Below are positions 1 to 12,699 of a stretch of 64,000 bases of DNA, in pieces. The position numbers were made by a program, and so were the translations under genes. This stretch comes from Basidiobolus meristosporus CBS 931.73 (taxonomy: Eukaryota; Fungi; Basidiobolomycota). Numbering within the stretch: position 1 is the stretch's first letter; the number at the start of each line of letters is the position of its first letter. Where the stretch lies: the NCBI GenBank assembly GCA_002104905.1, contig MCFE01000147.1, positions 90,507 through 154,506 on the forward strand, read 5' to 3'. A model generated the notes under the pieces. The model made no database searches, had not been told where the DNA came from, and was given only the letters and a program-made list of their open reading frames with translations.

Positions 1-821
1 GTACTAAAGCTTCCAAAGTCAAAACAACTGTAAACTCCACCAGCAGGGACTGGATAAGAATTCAGCTGTGGTCAATAGTTACAAAGACAGAAAAGTATTG
101 TTGCCTGTACAAGAACAAACTTGGGAAAGAATCAAATATAATAAAAGATACCAACTCTGAGTATTCCTCACAAGTAGTGCCTCCAAGGTCAGTTGGCTGT
201 CAGTGCGGTTTCCTGGGAGTGTCCTGTGGTCTAGGGTTGGAAGTTCAGGTAGCAGCAGGTAGCAGTGATCACACTAATCAACAAGTTGGAATATTGATAA
301 AAGGGATGATGATTTATTGTTGAGGGATAGCCTCCCTTATATACTTTTCTTACTGGCTAAGTGATTACTAATCATGGTGTTCCAGAAGGTTCCGGATATC
401 AATAGAAATCTTAAGGACATCAGAATGACCTAAGAATGCTCTAAGTAGGTGCCAGAAGGTTCTAAGAGGCACAGCATATCCAACCAATCAGGGATCAGTA
501 TTCTAAAACCTGTGTTACATTGGGATACCATATATGGTATGGAAATGCTAGGGATGGTGACACGGTTTGATCATGTGTCATCGGTACTGGCGGAGGTACT
601 TGCCTAATATAGAAGCACTTATAGCCAGTAATCTTACATAAAGTGAGGGGTAACTTATGCAATAAGGTAAGCAGGTGTGATAGTCAACCGGCTTATGGGA
701 TAGTACTGATTGGGTAAGACAAATGGGAAAAAAACTAAAATAAGTGTAGTAGAGATGTAGGGAAGTAGAAAATAAGGGAATGAGCACATCTGTCAGTGGG
801 TGTCACTGTCACCCCACTACA
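1..821 (-). mobile_element. Probable LTR or TE remnant of a different family abutting a copia LTR
   Basis: CpG-poor and non-coding. On the minus strand it begins TGTAGTGGGG at 821 (LTR-like TG terminus), exactly where the adjacent copia LTR is cut off. No internal domains seen. Confidence 0.3.
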
Positions 822-822
822 A

Positions 823-1141
823 TGTGATTGGGAGAGCAGGTAGATTTTGTGTTTAGACTCAATGCTTTATTTCATACAAAAGTAGTGCCTATACTTATAA
901 ATGATCTTGGCATAAAACCCACATAACATAGGCTTCAGAAGGTCCCAAGTGCATGTGTGCAAAGTTTGGGGCTGTTTATACAACCTTGAGACTTTTCATA
1001 TTCTGGGTGCCTGAGATTGTGGTGAAAATATTATATGTAAGTCCCAACAAGAAATCTGGTCAGTATTCTCCAAAATATGTAGGAAATGCTCTAATTACAA
1101 GTTAGGTGAATGTTTAGGTGGAATTACAAATTCTTACAACA
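823..1141 (-). mobile_element. Diverged, truncated copia-family LTR
   Basis: Aligns by eye to the LTR at 15188-15526 (e.g. catgtgtgcaaagtttggggctgttt, gtgaaaatatt, cccaacaag) and ends ttcttacaaca. Confidence 0.8.
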
Positions 1142-2490
1142 TAATACAGGTCTGGTATTTGACTGGGCTTGGCTATAAGAGCAATGAAGCTGGTTTGCTA
1201 TGCTGGTTAGGCTTAGTGTACTTGAGAGTGCTAAATATCCAAGGTCTGGGTTGAAACTAGTACAGAACTATAGTATTTTGAATCTCTAGGACATAATCTT
1301 GATTTTCTTGAGACACCTGCTAAGCCTAAAGATTTAGTAGGCGTTATACTTTTTTGATCAAGTTGTATCAGGAAGCGTCAATAGACTGTATTTATTGAAG
1401 TCAATTTATGTGCTGATAGGTGCATATGACAAATGACTGCAGATATATTCAGATGTAGGGTAACATAAACCATAACTGGGATGAGTTATGCATGGGTTAA
1501 GGAAAATCAATAAGGGTACTAGATTTTATAATATAGTAACAACAGCAAAGTTTTAAATGTAGAAGCCTATGACTAAACAACTCAGTGAGTAGGCATTCAA
1601 TTAAGTAATGTAAGCTGAGTGGCATATGATTAGCAACTAGTTGTTATTTGGAAAACATTGCTTAAATATGATGGGTTGCTCCTGCTTACAAGTCAATATC
1701 TATACATTACAATGTGGATTTCACACAAACAAGAATCAGAGTGCATCTATAAGTGGAACTAGAATCCAGCAGGGAGAAGCATATATTTGCTAAACACAAA
1801 AATATATTTTGCAGATATTCTGGAGGTATTCATGGCAAAAATGGTTGCAACCAAGCATATACTTGCAAGATATATATATTTTCAGCAATGTAAGATATAT
1901 GGTAGCCTTCAAAGTATCATACCAAAAGCTATAAAGCTGAGAAAATGGTAGTGTGTCTATTGCAGTGGGTGTACATGTATATGTGGGCTAGTGAGCAGGA
2001 GACCATACTTTTGTTAACTCATACTATATGAGGAATGCCCATGGTAGTAGTGGGTAAGCAAATATGTAGGGGTGATTCCTAAGTGCCACATATAAATGGT
2101 GCAAGGGGAGGTAGAAAATGGAAGTCCCATTTGGTAAATCAGCACAGTGGCATTATACACATCTAGCATCAGGTTACTATGCTGCTGTTGTAATACCAAT
2201 AGAGGTCTGCAACTTGGCCATTAAACACTGACAAGTTACTTGCCTTATAAATTATTTGCATTTATTGGCTGGTTAGGTCCATTCAAATAGATATAGATTG
2301 TATTGAGATCATTAAAATACCATGCAAGTCTTGTCAACAGCTCAAATGAGCGCATTCAAGTCACTTACCCTATTTGGAAGTGGAACCAGAAAATCACTTC
2401 CACAAACCTGCTATAAGATTGTGTAAAGGGTCAACAGTTTCATGTTGCTGGCATTGTGGCTGCCTCATTGCTGGATCCTTATGATCAATA

Positions 2491-4200
2491 TGTTGTAAGA
2501 AATTTGTAATTCCACCTAGTATTCACTTGACTTGGCCACCTACACCATTAGATACAAATTTGAGAGATTACTAACCTAATTCCTTGCTGGAATTATCTGA
2601 ATTATTTTTGCCAACATGTCTGGTATCCAGAACATGGAAATTCTTGAAGTAGTCTAAATGGGCCCAATTTTACAAACATGCTTTAACAATCCTCCTAAGG
2701 CTCTTCTACATGCTTGATATGCCAAGACTATGTAGAAGTACAAACACCACTTTACATTCAACATATCATCAAGTGAAGCCACATAATCTACATGTTCTCC
2801 CCATCAATATTAATATCTACAAGATTCTTAAAACCAGCAGTAGGCCCCAAGCTGTTACTTCCTGCAATATCTACTACTACTCCAACTGTAACTTTTCCCT
2901 CTGCTAAAAAGTTGGATGGATCCAACACCAAGTGTGGAAGGTGTAGATAAAGATGCTGCTACAAGTACAAGGCCTTTGGGATTTTGTCATGGGAGACAAA
3001 TGCCCTAATAAAAGCATGAGAGAGGGAGCCTCAATGTAACTGGAAAAAGAACTAGGTGCCTCCTACTGTAGTTGCCTTAATGTTAAAGGCAAATTGCTGA
3101 TTCAATGCTGTAGAGCAAAAGTGGTAAAGAGTCCCTGGATGGCACTAGTAGACACATTTTAGTCATGTTCTGCAGCTAAAATAATATATCTTTGATGAAA
3201 ACTCCTTATCACAACTATGTTACCAACAGAAGAAATGAAAAATCAGATTAACAGAAATACCCTGCAGGTAGCTGAGATGGAATCTGTGGGTGTATCCACT
3301 ACTGATGGGGATGCAACATTTATTATCCTGAATATCGGTACAGGCAAGTGTTAGTGCCTTGTGTTGACCCTAAAGTCCTGAAGTGAAGATCTAACCTTGG
3401 ATTTCATATATGTGAGGCTCCTGGATGAAAAATCAAGAGAATTAAGTGCTAATAAGAAGGAAGAACAAAATGCTTAAATAATATACTAATAATTAACAGA
3501 AAAGGTACTCAAGCCTCCTGAAAGGATATAGTAGCCTGCATGGAAACTACTACAGAAGGAAAGGACACACATCAGACCAGTGCCTCAGAAAGAGAGGCAA
3601 TCAGCAGTAAAAGGCGGAATATGGAAGTGCTGCACAGCTGAGCATAGACTATTCATATCTACACTGAGTATGATCACAAATAGGGATTCTTTGATGATAT
3701 ATGTTGACCCTGGAGCTGCTCAATACTTTACACACCAAAAAAACTTCTTACCCAATGTTAAAAAATTCCAGTTGAAAAGGTTTTCATGGGTGACAACAGG
3801 ACACTTGATGAAGCTGGAGACAAATTATCCTTGTAAGCCTCAGGGGTAGTGAAGGAAGCAACACACTTATATTCATTAAAAGTATAAGAAATTTAGATCT
3901 AATTCACTCAAGTCTCTCTGGACCTATGCAAAACTCATCCTTTTGCAGGATGAAGTAAATACTCACAGTTATTGATAATTATGTAAGATACTCATGAGCC
4001 TACCACATGCAAGAATAAGTAGTCTGGTCAAAGCTCAGGGAGCTTAAGCCCCTAGTGGAACAAGACATAAGTGAAAAATCAAGAAAATATGCTCTGACAT
4101 TGATTGAGAATATACCTCATGACTTTCCATCCACTTGCACAAAATTCATGGGAAAAAGCAGGAAACTACTGTACCCTACTCCCCACATTAAAAACAAGTG
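2491..4200 (+). mobile_element. Degenerate Ty1/copia copy: 5' LTR (~2491-2837) plus gag, protease and integrase remnants
   Basis: Starts tgttgtaagaaatttgtaattccacct like the LTR at 58598. Downstream DNA is colinear with the 58947-60720 gag-PR-IN (YVDPGAAQYFTHQKNF protease-like segment; gatctaattcactca integrase start). Many stops and deletions. Confidence 0.8.
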
Positions 4201-6129
4201 GCAAAATATGCTCACTTTCTGATCCCAGATGCTTGGTCATCTTCTACATTTGTGCACATTGACTGGCTGTTGCTTCTTATTCACACTCCTCACTTCCTGA
4301 CCCAACTGTTTCTCTGACTTTTATGCATACCAATTGATATTATTCTGTGGAAACTTTGCTTGTACCTCACTTGCAAATTGTAATGACCAAAAGAAGTCCC
4401 TACACCCTACACTAAGAGTGAGCTCAACCCCACACTCAAGAAGTAACTTCATTAAAATCCACCACCCAATATGTATTTCTGTTCTAATGCTTGATTTCCA
4501 TGATTTTGGCAGGAGTCCAATGGCTTAATGCCATTGTTCATTCACTGGTTCCCACATGTGCTGGTCTTCAGCCAGCACTGCAAGGTTTAGCACCTCATCT
4601 TCCAGTAATTTCAATATTCAAGTGCATTTTCTTGAGCACTGCTCTTGAAGAAGTGCTGCAACCTCTTAGTGTGCCTATTAATGTTATAAAATTCCACTGA
4701 AGGCATTGTGACAGTCTGTCAAGTTCTTGGCATTGTAGATTTGTCTGTTGGTGGGATCTCCATTCTGTGGACAATGGAGGATCTGGAAGCTGTGGTAGAT
4801 GAATGCCATTCTATGCAAGTTTATCTATCTTGCTGGAGTATAGCTCAACTCTCTGAGCTTCCAACTCTTGTGAAAACAGCTGCTCACTTGTTGGTAATTC
4901 TTCTTAGCTATGATGAGACTAAGTCTGTTCCAGGCATGCAGCATCAATTGGCAAGAACTGCAGTTTTTTTGCATGCTTCCCTGTGTCAGGCTTGTGTTGA
5001 CATTTTTCCCTTTATCTTTTCCTTTATCACTGCCAGGTCTTTCACTTCTACTTTGTCTGAGTGCTTCTTATAATGAACTACCTTTTCTTTATGATATATT
5101 CTGCTCCAATGCATCTGTTTTGGCCTGCTTGCACCTTGCTGGCACTATTCTGGCAACCTGATGTTTCTTTTATGCTTGTTTTGAGCTCTCAGCCATAGTT
5201 GTGATAGGCTCCTGACAAAGCCACTGGCTTTTATCACTGCCAGGTCCTCCACTGCTACTTTGACTGGGTGCCTCTTGAGAGCCACTACACCTTTTTCTCA
5301 ACAAATGCTATGCTGGTGCATCTGTGTCTGCTTGCTTGTCTCTTGTTGGTACTCTTCCAGATACCTTATGTTTCTTTGACAATTTGTTGTGCATCAGTGT
5401 TGAAACCTAGCCTATTTTACTCCATTAGAAGATCTAGTACCTTAACTGATTTTCCATAACCCAAAAATAACTAATCCCAGTTATGATTTATTTTATCACT
5501 TCTCAGAATCTAGTTTTAGCTGCTACACTGGATCATTTTTCATGTAGTCATTACGTCCTTAACTGATCTGCTAAGCCTTTCCCAGTGATTATTATCTAAG
5601 ATCTATACAACCAATTATCAGCTGCCAAGATATCAGCTGATTAATGATGCAATTTCTCATTTATCTTATTCACCTATGAACACCCCAACAGATTTCAGTT
5701 TGTCTAGTCTCTTAGTGCTTAGCAATTCAGCTTGATTAGAAGAATATATATAAAGTTTACTGAATCTCTTGGTATAGTATATTTCTCAACAAAACTAAAT
5801 TTGTGCCACAGTAAAATTAAGAATTCAACAATTCTGTTCTAGTTTCTACCCAGGCCTAGTATATCTAGCACTCCCCAGAACACCAAACCTAGCCTGCATA
5901 GCAAATCAACTCTGTTGCCTTCTTAGCCCAACTCAGCTATGTACAAGACCAATATTAGACCAGAACTTCTCTGTCAATATTTCTGTCGCTCTTAACATTC
6001 TAAGATTCCGCACTTGTTTTTCACTTAGGTTCTGTTAACTTATTCAAGAGCTTATTACACTTCTCTCTTGGATACAACATGTTTGTTTGGAGCTTTTAGC
6101 CCTGCTTGTCATGGGCTCTTGAGGAAGCT

Positions 6130-7200
6130 GCTGGCTCTACCATAGCACCCTTATTCTTCTGCCTTTTATAGTTTCTGCTATTCTTAAGATACTTTCTTGG
6201 CAAATTAATGCTGGCCCAAAAGCTGTTTGCCCATTTGAGTCCAGGATAATGCTCATGGAACAAGTCAAGCTCATTCTGCTTGGCCTTGAGTTCATGATGG
6301 TCCCATGGTATATTGGCCTTAAGGTGATGATGTGCTAGACTTCTTATGGTCTCCTGAATATTGGCCCACTCTTCATTACTTCACTCAATGGCTTCACAGA
6401 TCTACAGTGCGTTTTGATTTTTTTGTATTGGTATAAATACCACATTGTCTCCCTCCCATGCTCTACCTGGGGTATATATTGCTCTACACATATTATCTAC
6501 TCATCTGGTTTCTGGACTATTTTCTGATTTCTCTGGGCCATTGCATCTATCCTATCTGCCACAGCACCTAATTGCTTCATTAATGCTTTGGTATGAGCTG
6601 ACAACATACTTACTAATATGGGTGGTGGTGATTTTACAATGACCACTAGCTGGTCTTCAACTGAAGGTATGCTCTTACTACATTCCCATTGGCTTGAGCA
6701 TAATAGTCAGCTTGTGTCTCAACAGAGATCCTCTTTTGCCTACTTGACTGAGAGCCTGAGGAGTCTACAGTATTACCTTCAGTGGGCACACTGTCAACAT
6801 GGCCTTTTTGGATGAAGCCCCACTTGTTGCACTGAATGTCAAAGTAAGCTGTTGTTGAACCATTCTTCTGCTGCTATCAGCAGTGGGGCTTGGTTAGGAA
6901 TCAGACAATTTTGCTTTATTTCTTGGCAGCCTATATATGCAGGTGAGTCAAACCAAAGGGGAAATGGTGTTATATATACATGTGTATGTTGTGCCACCAC
7001 TTTATTTATAATGCTTACTATAGCCAGCCATCATATAGTCTTACATTTATGTAGGTGCAATGTCTCAAATTCAAGACTGTCTTAAGTTCACATGAGTATT
7101 GACCAAAAAGTGATATAATTGCATTATGTTGTTGAAGTGTGGTAATGGAAAGTATTCCATTACTACAATATATCTAAACCAATATTGCACTCATTTCTTT
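6130..7200 (-). pseudogene. Degenerate, probably transposon-derived ORF remnant
   Basis: Manual translation gives protein-like stretches broken by stops, e.g. IQETIRSLAHHHLKANIPWDHHELKAKQNELDLFHEHYPGLKWANSFWASINLPRKYLKNSRNYKR. This is reminiscent of accessory ORFs of fungal DNA transposons, but the family is not verified. Confidence 0.3.
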
Positions 7201-7437
7201 ATTTTGCTTTTTGCTATCGTAACACACAAGAGAAAGATCAAGAATTCCCAACTTTGAAGAGCAAATGCTCCAGACCCTGACAAGCAATCCACCCAAGAAT
7301 ATTATGTCATACAGAACACGTAGTAGCCAACACATGTTTCAAATTACAGCTCATTTGAAGCAGTACTTAAGGAGTTATGACCAAAAGAGTCCAACTATTA
7401 TATATACTATGCCTTATTGCTAGGATTACTATGGTGA

Positions 7438-7570
7438 CTTTGATCGCGTGTAACTTTTGAACCAGCCAATCAAATCACGTGAAATTTTCACAGGTGGTGC
7501 GCCTATGTCCGATCTGCGCCACTGCAAAATTTTAGCTTCGTATCACGTGTATTGCTTGCGCAATTGCCCA
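7438..7570. promoter_or_regulatory. CpG-retaining promoter-like island
   Basis: About 9 CpGs in ~125 bp inside otherwise CpG-depleted DNA. Contains AGCCAATCA, TCACGTGA, TCACGTG and the palindrome TTGCGCAA. Confidence 0.5.
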
Positions 7571-7814
7571 AAAACTTTGATCCTTCAAAATTTTCATATA
7601 TATGACTTCCCCAGCTGAAAAATAAAGGGAGAGCCTCTCTTTCCAGAATCTCCACACTACGATTACAAGTTTAAAGGTTATAAGACTTCCCCTGCATCAC
7701 TTGCACTGTTGAGTATTCTGACTTTGATTGGTACTACATCAGTAAAGAGACTGCAAAGCTCACAAGAATCCAATCTAAGTTCTACAAGAAACTACCACTT
7801 ATCTGTCGGAAAAG

Positions 7815-8049
7815 TCCCCTCTAAGAAACCCCTTTACTCTAAAGACACCCCTTTAGACACCCCTTTAGTCTAAAGACCCCTTTAGAGACCCCTTTAGGAA
7901 ACCCCTTTACTCTAAAGAAGCCCCTTTAGGCACCCCTTTAGTGTAAAGTCCACTTTAGAGACCACTACAAGAAGCCCCTTTACTCTAAAGACACCCCTAT
8001 AGACACCCCTTTAGAGACTTCTACAACACACCCCTTTAGGTTAAAGGGG
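7815..8049. repeat. Imperfect CCCCTTTAG / CTCTAAAG short-unit repeat ending in a hairpin
   Basis: More than 10 copies of (a)cccctttag/c interspersed with ctctaaag. Ends CCCCTTTA-ggt-TAAAGGGG. Confidence 0.85.
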
Positions 8050-9059
8050 AGTTCAGAATTTCCATATTAGGAAATATTTTCTCAGAAAGGAAAGTGACTT
8101 CCAAACAAGGAAAAGTTACTATAAAAGTAAATAAGCCTATTAGTTGACAGAAGGCCAGAACACTGCTGTAGAAGTGATAAACACTGCCTACAGTATATTT
8201 TGAGCCCAAGATTGAGGAAATTAGTGAAAGTTATATCTTCTATTGGTATATCAAACTCCCAATAAACTATTTCAGTATTAGCATACTGGAAGTTGTTGTA
8301 TATTGTTGATTAGCCTCTACATTGTAGAACAAGCCCCAAACTAATCATAATACAACACAACAGAAGGTCAAACTGCTTGCCCATGGACAAGACTACTTTG
8401 ACTCAATGTTGTAAGAGAAGAGAAAAAAGACCATGTGGCTATTGTGGCAAGCCTCTCAGCCATGAAGCATGCAGACAGTATAGGAAGTATTACAAGATTA
8501 CAGCCAATGTTTTGCTACCCAAGTTATATTTGACCATTTATTGGTCACTACTGTGCTAACATTATCTTGCTGGCCAGTTGATACCTCTATATTGGCACCT
8601 GGCTGTCTTTGTCACCTTGCACAAACTGAGTCAGGTGAGTTTGTGATGTCTTTAGGCTCACCTCAGCCTTTTGAATATGGCACTCAGAGTGATAGCTCTG
8701 ACAAAGAAGGTTCACTGATGGATATTGAGCCTATCACCCCTAACAACAGCTCCATGTATGAGCCTGGTCAAATCCCTATATACAATATGACAACACCTGT
8801 TGGAACAAATGCAAAGGATACTTTATGGAACCAAGTCAGCCCAGTAATCCATCTACTGGTGAGTGATGTAATGTTGTGCTACAAGAACCAGTCTGATGGG
8901 CTTGCTGACTAGGAAAACCTCCATTGGTCTGCAAGTTTAAAAAATGTTTATATTGTCTTAAACAATCACCAAGAGCCTGGAATTGTCAGATAGATTTTGA
9001 TTGGAATCTTTGAGTTTCTAAAAAAGTACTGCTTGCTATAGTGTATACCATAAGCCAGA

Positions 9060-9815
9060 AAGGGCAAATCCAGTTCCATTAGCTCTGTTTGTGGATGAGC
9101 TTATTGTAGCCACCAGTAACCAAGGGATGTTGAGGAGACTAAATTAAGCTTATCAAAGGTGTTCAAGATGTCTAATCCAGGAGAACTTGGCTACTAGTTA
9201 GGGATATGGCTCTGTATAGACAGTAGTACCAAGATTAGCACCCTAAGCCAGTCTAAGTATATTCATGGTAAACTCAAGAAGTACCAAATGGGAAACTGTA
9301 AACCAGCAGCTACACTAATGAAGACAAACCTTTACTTGATCAAAGCTCAGCCAAATTAAGAAAGCTTGGGACCATCTTATAGCCCTGACTTTCCTTATCT
9401 ATCTATAGTCAGCAGTCTGATATATATCATGCTTGTAGCATGTCCAGGTATTTAATATTCAGGGGGAGTTGTCAGCCAGCAAAATCTGAACTATGGATCT
9501 GATTACATTGTAGCAGTTCAGTGGATTTTTTTATATCTAAGAGGAACTGCAGATATCTGTTCACAGTAAACTTGTGAGAATTCAGGACTAGATCTTGTGG
9601 AATCCTCTGGTGCTGAATGGGGGTAAAATCTTGAAGTCTGAAGATTTACCACAGGATACACCTTCCTTTACTGTAAAGGCATAATTTTCTGTAACTCAGC
9701 AATGCAACCAACCATGGCTCTTTCCACTACAAAGGAAGAGTATATGGCAGCCTGTGAAGCTATTAAAGATGTGATGTAGTTAAGAAAGCTCTTTGTAGAT
9801 TTAGTCCTATGTCAA
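9060..9815 (+). mobile_element. Degenerate copia RT-RNase H fragment
   Basis: Colinear with the RT/RNH of the 15.5-16.5 kb copy (ELIVATSN..ETKLSLSKVFKMSN, YPDFPYLS, PTMALSTTKEEYMAACEAIKD). Multiple stops. Confidence 0.75.
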
Positions 9816-11153
9816 TATCACCCCTCATCTGTTTAATCTCCTGGGACATATGTTGCAATACCTCATGATGGAAGGTTGTCCTCTATTCCAGAAGTTGTTG
9901 TCAAACCTTTGACAATGCTTAGTAAACATGTCTGACAGGCCACCTGGTAGTGATTGCAGCAACTTGCTCAGCATCACTTTTGTTTGTTACAACACCTCCT
10001 TCATGCTCCTCTTGTATTTGGTCACTTCCTTGCCCTCTTCCTCTTCTGCATCCTATTCAACATCCTAGTCCCCTTCTTCATTCTCTTTGCTCTCTACCTT
10101 CACTCCTGGCATATACTCAGATACTGCCTGCTTCCATACTTCTTGTTTTATGAGGGATTACATTCATTTTCTCTACTTTTATACATATTCTGACTAAGCT
10201 GATGGCCCATTCTTGTTATCTTTCCCTTTAAGGTTACTGAGCTTCTTGCTCCTATGCCACATCCATCTAGCCAGTAGTGAATCACTTCATCTACATATTA
10301 TACCATATTTTTATTTTGTTAATATCAATACTCTGTTACTTTATTAAAGCTCAAAACTGCATTTGCAAAATTATTTGTCTTTAGTAACCATGGATTTTTG
10401 TTCCATCACTTGGCTGTTCAATTGTTTCTCTACTTGATCAAGAAGTGATTGATTTTACTATCAGTTAACTTATCAGTCTAGGCCCAACTCTCCTTTGTAT
10501 GCTATAATCTAAATATACCACTTGGAGTACTCTATAATGAGGCAACATCAATCTAAGCTGAAGTTTGTTTTGAAACTGCTCAATTGAAAGGGCTTGCATT
10601 CTTCTCAGCACAACTGAATCACCTGCTATTTTGTCGCAGTTCTCTTCAGATATTTAGAACTTCCAAGGGTACTACTACCAGAATTGGTAACTGTACTGCT
10701 CTTCTTGCTGTTATCTTTCTCTATAGTAGACTCTTGGTCCTCCTTTGGGGCACAAGAGCTGCTATGGCAGTGGTAACTTCCTCTTTTAGTATTGGTCCCT
10801 CAGTAACAGGCCTGAAGCTTTGCCCACATGGGTGGCTTATTAACTGTGTTGGTGCTGTACCTGATGCAGTGTCTCTGAGTGCTGTGTAACTATTTGTTCT
10901 CTCCTGTCCTGTAGACTTATTTTACTTTTATATACACCAACCTCATTATATTATACTTTAGCCTCTCTTGTGACTATACCATGGTTCCATTCTGTGATGG
11001 CTAGACAAACCAAGGCCACTACACATTGGGTGCTGTGGCTTATTGATCAAAGAGCAAGCTATTGATGCTGATATTGATTTTGAGGATAATATCTGGGTAT
11101 ACTTTGGAGTCAACTAGGGTAGACAGCTACTAAATTGCTCACATAGTACAATA

Positions 11154-11885
11154 GACTTGTTCTGTTGGATAGTGCCACATTGAGCCATGAGTGCCAAATG
11201 ATGCCATAGTGTGCCAGGGAGGCTAAGTGAGCCTATACTTGGCCACAGTGTATGAAACATAGATCTGCATCTTCATGCAAAGCAGCCCCTGTGTTTCACC
11301 CATTGTGTTGGAGAAAATCCATTTTTTGGCCTTTTTTTTTAGGTCAATGTTGTGCAGGATATGTAAGAGCACAAAAGGATTGAAAATATGCATTTGGTAC
11401 TCAATACCCATGGCACTCTGAATCTAGCTCCTGTGGCTTGTAACAAGTCACAACAATGCATGGCACTATCTTAGTCCACTAATACTATCTGGCACTATAA
11501 GTGCTTTGTATAGATCTTACTTTAGGGCTAATAATTAAATATAGTGCCAGATAGTATTAGTGGACTAAGATAGTGCCATGCATTGTTGTGACTTGTTACA
11601 AGCCACAGGAGCTAGATTCAAAGTGCCATGGGTATTGGGTACCTGATGCATGTCTTCAGTTCTTCTATGCTCTTACACATCCTGCATAACATTGATCCAC
11701 AAAAAAATGTCAAAAAATGGATTTTCTCCTGCATCACAGGTGAAACACAGGGGCTGCTTTGCATGAAGATGCAGATACATGTTTCACACTCTGTGGCCAA
11801 GTATAGGCTCACTTAGCCTCCCTGGCACACTATGGCATCATTTGGCACTCACGGCTCAATGTGGCACTATCCAACGGAACAAGTC
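11154..11885. mobile_element. 732-bp palindromic foldback/MITE-like element (346-bp arms, 40-bp spacer, TA flanks)
   Basis: 11154-11499 is the reverse complement of 11540-11885. Termini are TA|gacttgttc...gaacaagtc|TA. The internal motif GTGCCA/TGGCAC recurs. The inverted repeat is directly visible; the MITE call is inference. Confidence 0.8.
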
Positions 11886-12118
11886 TAATTATTTGCACAT
11901 CAGAGCTTGCCAATAACAAAGCCAAGCTGTTCTATGAAATTCCATTCCCATGTGGCTGTTTATTGATAGTCCCTACAATACACAAGTGGGTCTGTAAAGT
12001 GAGCATTCACAGTACTTTCTGGGGGTGTGGTTGCCTTTGATGAGTAAAGGGCTTTCTGAGTCCAGGTCAAGCAATTGTGATAAAATCAAAGAAACTTATT
12101 AGTGTGCTGCTGATGATT

Positions 12119-12505
12119 GATGACTCCCAATGGACACATGGTAATGTAGCAAGTGAGCATCCATAACACCTGTTGAGGTATGGTTACTGCACACTGTAAT
12201 ATGCATTAAGGACTCTTGTAAAGCTAGCATGATGAGCAATAAACGCACTTTACTACCACTCAGCTAATGGTTGATGACTCCTGCTAGGCATAAGTAAAAG
12301 TAGCAAGAAGGTATCCTTAAAACCTGTTAGGGTATGGTCACTGTGCACCATAAAAGTGCATTAAGAATTCTGTAAAACTAGCATCCATACTATAATAGCA
12401 TTTTAGTATCACATGGCTGACTCCTGCTATTCACAAGCAAATGAAGCAGGTGGGTATCCATAAGTCCTGTTGGGGTATGGTTACTATGCACCATAACAAT
12501 GTGTA
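12119..12505. repeat. Three diverged ~145-155 bp tandem repeats
   Basis: Units start at ~12119, 12273 and 12416 (gatgactcc/gctgactcc) and share the core cctgttrrggtatggtyactryrcac. Confidence 0.75.
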
Positions 12506-12699
12506 GGAGGAACAGTACCCTTAAGGACCAGAGCCAAATATGAAAGGAAAGTGAACTACAGAGCTTCTTAAGAGCATGGGAGCAGTATGGGTAACTGCAT
12601 TCCATAAACCCCCCCCATTTCTCTACCCTTTTCCCAGCCCTTTTATAATATCTACACCCTATGTACCCTATACTTTTGACTAAGCTTCATTGCATTTGT

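Noticed and set aside
4200-5460. Short ORFs and coiled-coil-like remnants (similar ones at 9950-10900)
   Set aside because: Stop-riddled, CpG-depleted and probably TE ORF1-like debris, but no family motif I can support.
8020-8070. Helitron 3' end at the terminal hairpin
   Set aside because: No CTRR terminus at the expected distance and no Rep/helicase remnant seen.
11223-11816. Pair of similar 62-64 aa ORFs on opposite strands
   Set aside because: A trivial consequence of the inverted repeat. No sign of coding constraint.
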